The notes under the pieces: generated by a model
The model's input: only the letters and a program-made list of their open reading frames with translations
The model's database searches: none
Told to the model about the DNA's origin: nothing
Source of the DNA: an uncultured Acidimicrobiia bacterium
GTDB taxonomy: Bacteria; Acidobacteriota; Terriglobia; Versatilivoradales; Versatilivoraceae
Direction of reading: 5' to 3'
Assembly (NCBI GenBank): GCA_963786955.1
Contig: CAWBAT010000005.1
Coordinates: forward strand, 1 to 64,000
Length of the DNA: 64,000 bases
Position numbers and translations under genes: made by a program
Shown: positions 44,755 to 55,775 of the stretch, in pieces
Numbering within the stretch: the stretch's first letter is position 1
Layout of the letters: each line of letters begins with the position of its first letter

Positions 44755-45039
44755 GTACGCCCCCCTCGGACCCATCGGGCCGCGCGGCAAAACGTTCCCT
44801 CCCGAAGGATACCAGATAGGAGATCCCCAAGTTTACGATTCATTTCCATTCCTCCGACAAGAGGGCTCCGGCTGAAGAGGTGTACGCGGTAGTGAGTTAC
44901 CATGGGCATTGGTTCTGGATTGATGATCGTGACTTGTCGTCCATGCGAGGCTTGGCCTTTCTGCTTGGGCTATTTACATTGGCGGAATCTAGTCCAATCG
45001 TTCCTCCCCCATCGTTAACCACTTCCAGACCCTGACATA

Positions 45040-45450
45040 ATGACAGCCGGCCCACTTCCATGTTGTCTGTCCGGGGCTAGGTGGCCAAACCGCTTTCGCT
45101 GAAATGAACCTCGCGTTCAAACATCATCTATCAAATATAAATCAAAATTCATTCCGCTACTGCCTAGTCCCATTGCGATTTTGGCAACTTGGCTGTTTAC
45201 CATTGCCTTGCTTTATAAATTTACGATCACCCCCTTCCACTATTTAGCGCTATGGTTTCCGTAAACCTCGTTTCAAGAAAATTTATTCAAACTCCCCGGC
45301 AAAGTAGAGATCATTGTTGCCTTTTGGGCCAGGGTATTAGTAGCAAGCATTGGAATTATGAAAGTCAGAGAAGAAGCTGTCCGATTTGTTGAATGCTCAA
45401 ATTCTACTTAACGCGGTTTTGTATTCACCATCTTATCCGTTGCGGCCCCC
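45040..45450 (+). pseudogene. Decayed duplicate of the upstream region and 5' end of the Na+/H+ antiporter gene
   Basis: Collinear nucleotide similarity to about 31605-32010 (GCGTTCAAACATCA, GATTTTGGCAACT, GAGAAGAAGCTG, TCCGTTGCGGCC), with stop codons. Confidence 0.75.
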
Positions 45451-45591
45451 GCCAAGTGATTGGACTAACCCGTGAACTGGACTGTGCGGCACCGGGTTAA
45501 CGTTTCCCAACCTGCCTTTACAAACTAGATTAGTCACCCAGCACAAGTGCCAGAACGTTATACTTCGTGTCAATTCGCGACATCAACAATA

Positions 45592-46212
45592 TTATGCTGA
45601 GAGGTAAGCTCCCGGGTCATCGAAGTGGGATTTTTCGCCTTTAGGCCATTGATAAAGGACGCTTGTATCAACCACAATTTTACCCTCGGGATTCAATTCA
45701 ATTTTTGCCCGATCCATGGGGCGGGGGGCAGGACCCTCGAAGTTAATTCCATCGTTGTCGTATCCACTTCCACGACAAGGAGATTTGAACTTGTTTTCAC
45801 TAGGCTTCCAATCAGGCGTACATCCAAGATGTGTGCACCGAGCATAAATCACGAAGATCCTACCTGGATCATGCACCACCCAAACCCGGTAATCCTTTTG
45901 GAACTTCGTGTGTACTCCAAAGCCAAAGTCCGAAGGGTAACCAATCGTAAATACGGTACTGGGCTCGTACAAAACACGCGGGAAGAAGAAACGCAAGAAC
46001 ATGAGGAGATTCGTACCTAGGAATCCCAGAATACAGGTAGTGGTGATCCATCTCCTGCGCTGAACGACGTCCAACGGCTTCCCGCCAAAAAGCTTCCGAA
46101 GAAAAGAACCAAAGGTAATTGTTCTATGAGCCTCGCGGATCGCACCAGCACTTGAGACAGTCGGTATATTGGGGGCCGTAGAGGTAGGAGAGCCTAACTT
46201 TGAGTTTAGCAT
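45592..46212 (-). CDS. Rieske-type (QcrA/PetC-like) protein with a degenerate second Rieske box
   Basis: One TM helix, CTHLGC, SPCRGS (canonical CPCHGS), GPAPRPM. Confidence 0.82.
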   Translation of the reverse strand: MLNSKLGSPTSTAPNIPTVSSAGAIREAHRTITFGSFLRKLFGGKPLDVVQRRRWITTTCILGFLGTNLLMFLRFFFPRVLYEPSTVFTIGYPSDFGFGVHTKFQKDYRVWVVHDPGRIFVIYARCTHLGCTPDWKPSENKFKSPCRGSGYDNDGINFEGPAPRPMDRAKIELNPEGKIVVDTSVLYQWPKGEKSHFDDPGAYLSA

Positions 46213-46216
46213 GTTT

Positions 46217-46949
46217 TCACCTCTTCACCTTGCAGATGAAAATCAGGCGATTGAAAGTAACTCCCGGTTCAGCAACTTCCCGATCTCGCCTCTTTTCATC
46301 GAGAATGGACATAGCGTCCCATCGCGCTCGAGCGGAGAATCGGGGTAAATGCCTTCCATTCCGGATACCATCAGAGGACACAGATCAACAGCATGAAAAA
46401 CAACAAGGTCGGCATTGTGCCGGCCTGCCTCAGCGGCGCCAGACTCAACCGCAGGGAGGGAAGGATCAGAAAAGTCGGTAGCGGTCAGTACCCTTCCCAG
46501 AGAAGAGGGCCTTGCCACCAAGACGGGACAGTGCGCGTATCGTACCACCAGCTCTGCAGCTCTGCCCAACATTGGCACCCCTTGGCGATCAACCTTTCCC
46601 CCGACGACTACGGCTCCCGCATCAATGTTTTCGGCCCCTCGGAGTATTCCTGCATAAACTGTCCCTTGCTCGATTGTAATGACGACTTGGGTTGTTATAC
46701 GACCTGCCACCTTTTGAATGCGCTCCAGAAGGGCGCTGTAAACCCCAGCCTCAAGTTCGGCGAGCTTTAGAGCGTCGTCGAGACGAAGGTGCGGGAACAG
46801 AGGCCTCACCTCAAAATTCTCGGGGAGACATGGCAGACATGGAGCTCGACGTTGTATGAACAGGCAAGGTTGTGAGCTTGCAGAAGGGTTCCATGGGATC
46901 CTTCGTCAAAAGCCACGGCCGCCATGATCGGACGATTGATCTGAAACAT
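46217..46949 (-). pseudogene. Universal stress protein (tandem Usp domains), frameshifted and truncated
   Basis: PIMAAVAFD, LHVCHV, LGRAAELVVRYAHCPVLVARP, VLTATDFSDPS. Confidence 0.75.
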
Positions 46950-47631
46950 GCCCTCCCTCCTCAGAAAAGCCTCTTCATCATGGACTCGATCCAGTTCTGC
47001 GGCACTGAAAGTTACGCTATCGAGAACCCGAACACGCTTCTTATTAAGATTCCCCCCAGCAGGCTTCGGTTGTACAGGATTGTCCCCCTCGCCTCTGACA
47101 ACCTCTGCGATACGGTCTTGAAATGTCAATGCAACGAATGGTCTTCATACTGTTTACAATTCCGTGCGCTGCAACCTCTTTGAACTTAGATCAAGCGTAT
47201 TGAGAAATGATTGAAATCCGGTAAAGATGGGATTTCGCTGGAGAGTGGGGTAGCACGCTTTCCCCTGCTGCTTACGTTTCAGGTCGTTTTCGCGAACGTG
47301 GAGCCAGGAAATCCGCCCAGCTGTTTCCGCCGACACCAAGTAAATTACCTCTTGCATCTAATCCAATCAGACCTGAGTCTTAATATGGTTGTTGACCAAC
47401 CTCTACAAATTGATAACCCCTCCGTGAATCAGGCATGAAGTCGAATGGGGATTCATTCATGAGGATCAAGATACAGTCAAATAGTCAGGGAAATCACTCC
47501 AGGGCTGTATGGTTCATTCACGGGAGAGAGATTACAATAAAAATGGAGAATCTAGCTCACGCTTGGAGGTGGAAGGGGGAAGTAGGGGGCATTTTCCCCG
47601 ACCGATACCGGGCGCTTCGAGAGGAGGATCT

Positions 47632-47898
47632 ATGCGATTATCTGCAAAAGCTTTGGCATTTGCCATCGCTGTTCTGTGGGGAGGGGGCCTTTTGTTCGTT
47701 GGACTCATCAACTTGGCCTCGCCTTCTTACGGGACTAATTTTCTGGCCGGGGTCAGCTCCATCTATCCTGGGTTTCATGCCACCCGAACTCTGGGAGACG
47801 TCCTGGTTGGCACTGGTTACGGAGTCGTCGATGGGGGTATAGGCGGTTTCCTTTTCGGCTGGCTTTATAATGTCTTCACTGGAAGAGGAGACCGTTAG
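47632..47898 (+). CDS. Small two-TM protein (paralog of 43128-43382)
   Basis: RBS GAGGAGG; near-identical to 43128-43382. Confidence 0.82.
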   Translation: MRLSAKALAFAIAVLWGGGLLFVGLINLASPSYGTNFLAGVSSIYPGFHATRTLGDVLVGTGYGVVDGGIGGFLFGWLYNVFTGRGDR

Positions 47899-48007
47899 TA
47901 CTGTGCTCTCTCTACTCCAGCTCTCCCCGGCGCATGGTAGGCGCGGCGGTTTTCGGAATCAATCCGAGCACGCCCGGCAAACTCGAACGAGTCTTGCATC
48001 GGCGATC

Positions 48008-48165
48008 ATGTCGGAAATTATTAGTAGTTCTTTGGAAAACGCCCCCGTATTCAATACCCGCGAGGTCGTCAAAGTTTACGACGTGGGTGAAGTCTAGGTC
48101 TATGCCCTCCAAGCCGTCAGTTGCGACCTTCATGCTCGTGAACATATCGTCTTACTTGGTTTTTC
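48008..48165 (+). pseudogene. Second ABC ATPase N-terminal remnant with an in-frame stop
   Basis: MSEII...VFNTREVVKVYDVGEV*VYALQAVSCDLHAREHIVLLG. Confidence 0.6.
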
Positions 48166-48325
48166 TGCCTAAACCCCCATCAGGGCTGTATTGTCGTTCA
48201 CGAGTGAGCCTAGTAATGTTGGATTGTAAGGGGGAAAGAAGTTTGGCATGCAGCTTGATTAGGACTGATCTAAACGTTGACGATTTCTATTTTTGCCTCG
48301 TCCCTGACTTTTAAGGAGTTTTGTC

Positions 48326-48565
48326 TTGTTAGGACTACTTATATTGGTGGCTTTTTTCCTTGTCATAATCGCACTTCATTTTCTCAGGTTAGTGACTTCG
48401 AGAAAGCAAGCAGAACTGGACCCACGTGAGTTTCAGTTGTGGTTTCAACGATACTACCTTGGAATGACTGGCTCCTTGGACGCGCCTGCCGACATCTCTC
48501 TACGGCATGAAAGACCAGAGAAAAATCGGCAACTGGATACAAGTATCAAGGCTGCATTCAGATGA
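48326..48565 (+). CDS. Small single-TM hypothetical protein
   Basis: RBS TAAGGAG, TTG start, hydrophobic N-terminus, paralogous remnant at 31453-31652. Confidence 0.7.
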   Translation: MLGLLILVAFFLVIIALHFLRLVTSRKQAELDPREFQLWFQRYYLGMTGSLDAPADISLRHERPEKNRQLDTSIKAAFR

Positions 48566-48789
48566 CCCAATCAGTCATCCCCATCGCCAATAGCCCAGGA
48601 GGACGTCTTTTAATGGCTTGCCAAATAAGGTGAGGCGGAAATTGATGATGAAATGCGTTTCGCGTTGAGGAAGATGTATGATCAGGAATTGCCAAACTTG
48701 ATAACCGGATTGTTCGTCTTAGGCACCCCCAAAATATGAATTTGCGTTGCATCAATAAGAAAGACACTTTGAATCTTGCAACTTAAAAA

Positions 48790-51673
48790 CTACTTTAAGG
48801 ATAACTTGGCGACCACTCTAGAGAGCACTTCATCGCCTTCAAATGAAGTTCTACATTGGTCTTCGCATTGCTTCCAAAGATTCTCCAACATGATAAGAAT
48901 TGCCTCGGTGTTCTCACTATAGAGCCGCTGTTTTGGCTTAGCGACGAGGGCTTTCCGGGCTGATTCCAACAATTCCCGGACGACTCAGAAGGAACATTTT
49001 CTGATTTGGCAAAACAGGAGTCCGAATGCGTGGAGAGTCCTTTCCAATAACGACCGGCTTCTGCGATTGCGTTCAGCTGAACTCAATCCTCGAGGGGTTG
49101 GGTCCAGGGCAGTGATTTGGGTACAAACCTCAAGACGATTCTGAAGTGTCTGGTCATCCGGGTTTCCTCTTAACGCATTACGAAATGCTTCTTCTGCAGA
49201 GAGATAGTTCTGTTGCGCAAACTCAGCCTCACCCAAGCCAGCATAAGCTTCGGCGTCTTCTTTATGTTGTCGCAACAGCTCTCGAAACGGCTCTGCCGAT
49301 TCCTTTGCTGCGCTCAAATCAAGCAACAGGCGGCCAATTCGCTTCTCGAGCGTTGGTTGTCATGTGCTTGTTCCGCCAGCGACAGAAGTTCCGTCGTAGC
49401 CTGCTTTTTGTTGCCATTCTTGAGCAGGAATTCAACGAACTCAAGACGGACCTCCGTTGGATTTTCTGGCGAATTGCTCTGCCAATGACCATAGATCGCG
49501 CGATGATAATAGACCATGGCTTCTTGGTTTTTGTTTTGCTGAGCTGCCATTCTTGCCAGACCGAGATTTGCGACCCCATTATTGGGGTCTTCTTGCAGTA
49601 ATTCGTGGAAATAGTCTTCTGCTTCATTGGGCCGGTTCACCTTCAGCAGTGTCATCGCCAACGCAGTTCGATGCTCTCGGCTGTGCGAGACGGACAGTGC
49701 ATTGCGGAATTGCTCGACGGCATCCTCGTTCCGACCCTGCTGCACAAGTTCATTGCCACCTTAAAGGCCTTCTCTGCCTGGGTCCGTCTTTCCGAGTGGT
49801 AGAAATAAATAAAGAAGCCGGTTAGCAAAAACAGACCCATCAGCGCAGCCGAAATACCCGCTAACAGTGGCACAGGAGAAGTACTTGGCTCCTGGATAGT
49901 CTCCACAGACTGGCGAGATTGATTACCGAGGCCGTAGGCATCCATAATATCCTTCAGGGAAACGGTACCCTTCAGTTCCCGGAGATTAGACCGGCCCACG
50001 ACCGGAAGAATTTTCAATCCTGTAGCTGCCATTCTTCGCATGACCACATCTAGTGGATGATCGTCATGGACATGAGGGAAATTTTCTGCGGTGAGAGGTG
50101 AGTCCGAATCAAGTAGAGCCAGAAGGTCGCCCAAGGACGTTTCACCCTGCCCTGCTTGTACGGCTTGCTCCAGTTGTTCCAGCGATATCATCCCCAATAA
50201 CCCGTGCTGGCCAATCACGGGCCAAGCAGACTGATCTTCCCGATTTAGCATCGGTAGGACAGATATCGTTTTGTCGTTCGCATTGAGAATTGTTCTGGCT
50301 GGATGCATGGCGTTTCTTGCGATCAGAAGCCCTTCCCGCTGCCGGACATATGAGGGAATATGAATTCCTTCCTGATGCTGCAGTGCCTCGTAAATCGGTT
50401 CACGCTGAAACCGGTAGGATATAAAGTAACTGAGCAGATTGGAAATCATGAGCGGAACAATGATGGAATAATCACGCGTGACCTCAAAAATCATGATGAC
50501 TGAAGTGAGAGGGACTCGGATGATCCCGGCAAACGCCGTTCCCATCCCTACTAAGGCGTAGACTCCGACACTGCCCGTGTAGTCTGGGAAAAAGCTGTGG
50601 GCTATGCTGCCCACTGCCCCACCCAGCATGGCTCCAATGAATAGGCTTGGCCCAAAAATACCCCCTGCATTTCCTGATGCATAACAGGTAGCCGTGGCAA
50701 CAACTTTGAGTATTACGAGCAATAGCATGATGCCCAGAGTCAACTGCCCGTTGAGTGCTCTGCTCACATGGCCGTAACCCACACCCAAGACCTCGGGGAC
50801 AAACCAGCCCAAACCCCCAACCAGGGTTCCACCGACAGCCGGGAGAAACCAGCCGCACCATTTGGGAAAAGACATGAAATATTTGCGGAGATAGAGGAGA
50901 AGCTTGACGAAGACCACGGAAACAAACCCACCCAGGATTCCCAGCACAGCGTAATTCAAGATCTCCCCTGGATGCACAAGCTGGTAGGCAGGAACATGAA
51001 AAAGGGGCTCATTGCCGAGAATCGTGCGCATCACCATCCAGGAAGTTGCAGAACCCAGCACGATCGAACCCAATACCCGGGCGTTCATATCTCCCATTAC
51101 CTCTTCGAGAGCGAAAAGGACGGCGGCAATCGGGGTGTTGAAGGCAGCCGCCAGCGCGGCGGCTGCTCCAACAGGGAACAAAGCTTTTACTTTGTTTGGA
51201 TTTAGTCCGAGTCTCCGACCGAGCACTGAAGCGATCCCTGCGCCTACATGTACTGAAGGACCTTCTCGCCCTAGCGCGATTCCACTCGCCAGGGAGATTG
51301 ATGAACAAATGAACTTACCCACAGTCGTACGCAAGCTGATATAACCGTCATGAATAAAAAGAGCGGCCTTGGTTTGGGGAATTCCGCTGCCGCGAGCCTG
51401 AGGGAAATATCGTTGAAGCATGAGCCCTGCGATCAGAGATCCGAGAATTGGCACAAGAAGACGCCGCCAAGCGGCGCCCCCTGCAGGGTACATCCGAGAA
51501 GCCAGGTTCTCGGTTAATAGGATAAAAGCCACGACCACCAATCCCACTATGGCGCCAATAATGAGTGTTAAAACTAAAAGTATCTTATCCTCGTGCTGAC
51601 GAATTGTCTCAGCGTTGGTCCAAACGCGAAACCAACGTACCCAGAAAGGTGCGGGTGTGATCTCTGTTTCCAT
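48790..51673 (-). CDS. ClC H+/Cl- transporter with CBS domains, apparently fused to a TM helix plus TPR region (frameshifted; ORF pieces 49652-51673, 49314-49745, 48985-49326, 48790-48972)
   Basis: GSGIP, GREGP, AAAFNTPIA, FALEE, GGIFGP, IYEAL; CBS pair; TPR-like helices downstream. Confidence 0.85.
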
Positions 51674-51725
51674 GTATTTCCCAAGCCTTAGCGCAGTAAC
51701 GAAAAGAGCCGTACCGTATCGACTC

Positions 51726-54086
51726 TCAATGAATCGCTTTAGTCACTTTTGTAGGTGCCGTATTTGCCTTCGGCAGATCAAAATCAAAACCAGGATAGGC
51801 GATCCGGCTGTGATAAAAGCTGGACAAGGTTTCGAGAAAACTGAAAGTGATCCGCTCAATATCCGCCAGGGTAATTTCGCACTCCGAGAACTGCCCATCC
51901 TCAGCCGCAGTCGAAACGATTGTTTGAATTAAGGCGAGGAGTGTCTGCTGATTATGTTCTCTCAGTGTGCGGGCCGCGGCTTCGACTCCGTCTGCCAGCA
52001 TGATGATAGCCGCCTCCTTACTCTGAGGTTTCGGTCCAGCATAGCGGAATTCTTCTTCATTAAGATGTATCGCGGCCGTTCCTGCCAGTTTCTTAGCCTT
52101 TTCAAAGAAAAAAGAGAGTGACCTGGTCCCATGGTGTTGCGGGATGATATCAACAATGGGCGGCGGCAGATTGGCTGATTCAGCCATACGCACGCCCTGA
52201 GTCACATGTTCTTTCAACAGTTTGACACTTTCCTCAGGACTCAATCGTTCATGCGGATTTTCCCCTTGCTGGTTCTCAACAAAATACTCTGGATGTAGAG
52301 ACTTCCCAATATCGTGATAAAGACAAGCTACTCTTACGAATAATGGATTAAGCCCTATAGTTTTGGCCGCTCCTTCGGCCAAAGTCCCCACAGCGATGCT
52401 GTGGTTATAAGTTCCCGGCGCCTTGAGAATCAACTCCCGAATCAAAGGTAAGTTGTGATTGCCAAGCTCAGACAGGCGAATCTCGGTGGTCACTAGGAAC
52501 AGGCGTTCAAGGAGCGGCAAGGAAAACACCAGGAGACTGGCATTAATTGGTCCAGAAAGAAACGCTAACGTGGCTCCAAAAATCCCGATCTGAAAATCCA
52601 TGGGCACACTTTCAGACATTTGAAGAAAAAGAAACAGCCCCACGGCTACTAAACCAAGCTTAAACCCGGATGCGACTATGCCCACACGCTGCGCGGCATT
52701 GCGCACGGTTAGAATTCCAACCAGGCTCGATATCAGAACATAGAAAAAGCCTGAATAATTGCTTTGTGCGGCTTGCCCTAACAACACGCAATTAATAATC
52801 AGGAATACCAGAGCAATGCGCTCTTCAGTGAGGAGCGCCATCAACATACCACCCAAGGCAAACGGAAGGGCAAAGAAGAAGTAGGACTTCTCACTGAGCG
52901 GAGGTGCCACGAAATTCCTGCTGAGGGAGTCATAAACAAACCAAAAAACCTTCACCAATAGAATGTTGAAGATCAAGAATGACACTGCAGAGGGCAAGGA
53001 GCTTGTCAAAGCTCCATTGCCCTTTAGAAAATGGCCGAAGGAATAAAGAGAAGCTCAGTAATAGGAAAGTAAGCAGGACTGTCATAGCGCTCACTTTCTT
53101 TAGGGAGAAGCGGTCGGGAGTAAGGTTCCGAACCGCTTCAATCTGATAGAGTTGGTCAGATGAGACTTCGTCCCCTTGTCGAAGGATCACTTTCCCTTTC
53201 TTCAGCTGACGCAAAACAGGGTCGACGTTTGCCGCAGCTTCGATCTCTCGTGCCCGCGTCATTTCCAAGTCAAACTTCAAGTTGGGCGCGACCAATCCTG
53301 TGAGAAAAGACTTTATCAACGCCACTGAGCCTGAATTGAAAAAGTTGCTCTGGTCGAGAAGGCCACTGATCTGTATTCGAGCCTGATCCATAGTCAATAA
53401 GCGGCTAACAGGGACAGTTACCTCTTTGGCAGAAACACTATTGACCACTTCAATAATTTCCTTCTTGCGGAAGATTTTTTGTTCTTCCTGAACGATATAA
53501 CTTGAAAATACCTTTTGCAGGATCGTCACAATGGATTGCTCCATGTCGGTGCTAAAGCGTTCTTGAACGAGAAGAGCACTCAATTCTTCGTTTATCGGCC
53601 CAGGGATTAGATGACTCAATTCAGCAGTTATTTGGACCTTCAATTCGTGAGGTATTTTCTTGAAGAAACGGCGTGAAGCGGGTTTGGAAATGCCGTGCTG
53701 AGATTTGAATCCCGGCAGATTCCAGATCATGTCGGCATTGGTTGAAAGCATTTTTGACCCTTGAAATTTGACCATCCCCCAGGAGAGGATCAAAGCGGTA
53801 TACGGGCAACACATTTTCACGAGCGCGTACCTTCTGACTCTCGGTAGCGGCTTCGTCTTTGATTAATACATCATATGGGACGACAACATCGCGCACGGGC
53901 GATGTCACCAATGGAATATCGAGGTGCGTTAAATCCCTGGTGGTCTGAAAAAAGGAAACTCAGGAACCCGGAAATGAAAAACACGACGAAGAGAATTCGA
54001 AGCAAGCGGTAAACACTAAGCTTCTCGATTCTCTTGTCGCTCAAACAGAAGCTTTTTGAGAGCTTTGCGAGACCTGTAATCTTCAT
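51726..54086 (-). CDS. 7TM-HD (HDIG) phosphohydrolase, PgpH-like; several apparent frameshifts
   Basis: YSIGDIA, KKGKVILRQG, APGTYNHS, YHDIGK...YFVENQ, QHHGT, FRYAGPKPQSKEAAIIMLADGVEAA, YHSRIAYP. Confidence 0.88.
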
Positions 54087-54537
54087 AACAAGGTTTCAAC
54101 TAGAGCTGGAAGGCCTCCCCATGAACATTTCCCCGCCTGCAATAATATACTGAAATTGTTTGCCTTACTAACCACTACAGAAGATTTCCCGCCAATATCC
54201 CGTCTTGCCTGTATTGTACGTACCCTCCTTGTATCCTAATCTAAACAGTAGAAGGGGATCGCAGTGAAGCAATGGCTGCGAACTTGATTTAAGTGGACGT
54301 AGTGCGATTAGTTCTATTGATTGTCCTTATTGAGCTGGGAGTACTGGGACTCGGATTGATTTGGGCGGCCCTGCTGACATTTCTTGGAAAAGACACGTAC
54401 ATCCGTCATCGATCTCCAAGATAGGGGCATTCCATTTACGCCCAAAAACACACTGTAGAGGCCTCGTTCTCTTCTAGAGTTTCTGATCTGTCCATTCTGA
54501 GTTGATACGAATTTTGAGTGCTTGAAAGGAAAATCCC

Positions 54538-55775
54538 ATGGCAGATTTCTATCAAACTGGGGTCGTCACGACACTGCACCGCTTCAAACCTAATAATGAT
54601 CTTCCCCATCTTGAGCGAAGAACTTGAGAAATTCTCAAAAAACACTTCAATCTCCTTAGTCTTGCCGGCTCTCTATTCCGAGTTTCAAAGGCCAGCTATG
54701 AAAAAGATCCTCGAGGAGCTGAAGCGGGTTCGTTATTTGCGTCACGTCGTTTTGGCCCTAGCCAGAGCAGATCAGGAACAGTACGAAGAAGTCAAATCAA
54801 TGCTCTTCGATCTCCCGCAGGACGTTACGATCCTGTGGATTGACGGAGATCGAATTCAAGCTCTCTTTCAGATGCTGGAAGAACATGGACTTTCGGCTAG
54901 GAGGCGACGGTAAAGGCAGATCCTGCTGGCTGGCTTACGGTTATTTATTGGCTTCAGCTGATTGCGACGTGATCGTATTGCATGACTGCGACATCGTGAA
55001 TTATGACCGCCTGTTATTAGCCCGCCTTTGCTATCCAGTAACTCATCCAAACCTCGGATTTGAGTTCTGCAAGGGCTATTACGCGCGCGTCACCGACAGA
55101 ATGCATGGCCGCGTAACTCGGCTCTTCATGGCGCCGCTCATTCGGGCAATGGAAAGCATGTACCCTACGGCGCCTTTCTTGAAATTTTTAGATAGTTTCC
55201 GTTATCCCTTAGCCGGCGAATTTGCTATGAGAGCCGATCTGGCGCGTGTGAATCGAATCCCCGGCGACTGGGGCCTTGAAATCGGCGTTCTTGCGGAAGT
55301 CTTTCGGAATTGTGCTGTCTCACGGATCTGCCAAGTGGATCTCGCCGACACCTATGAACATAAACACCAGGCACTGTCAGAAGACGATCCAACCAAAGGG
55401 CTGCGCCGTATGGCGACTGACATTGCCAAATCACTATTCCGTACTCTTGCCGCTGAGGGTTTGGTCTATGCCCAAGGCTCATTCAGGAGTCTGGGGGTGC
55501 GTTATGTCCGGATGGCAGAGGATACGATATCCCGTTACTACGCAGATGCGATGCTGAATGGGTTGAAGTTTGATCGGCATGGGGAGGAGCTGGCGGTGGC
55601 CACATTCGCTTGTAGCCTGCGTCAAGCGGCCGAAGAATTTACCCAGGATCCACTCGGACTTCCGCTTATCCCCAACTGGAACAGGGTGGTTGCGGCGATC
55701 CCTGAATTTTTTGAACTCTTGCGAATGGCCGTGGTTGCAGACAACCAGATGGGTGTTTGGAAGAGAGGAGATCAA
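54538..55775 (+). CDS. Glucosyl-3-phosphoglycerate synthase-like glycosyltransferase; frameshifted near 54590 and 54900; no stop before the next gene
   Basis: MADFYQTGVVTTLHR, LVLPALYSE, GKGRSCW, LHDCDI, FCKGYYAR, GRVTRL, FRYPLAGEF, DWGLEIGVL, YEHKHQ. Confidence 0.78.

Noticed and set aside
43128-47898. Prophage inferred from holin-like small membrane proteins
   Set aside because: No endolysin, structural or integrase genes nearby; a holin role cannot be supported from the sequence.
54302-54424. Possible 40-aa hydrophobic ORF (VRLVLLIVLIELGVLG...)
   Set aside because: Weak RBS and no paralog or motif to support it.
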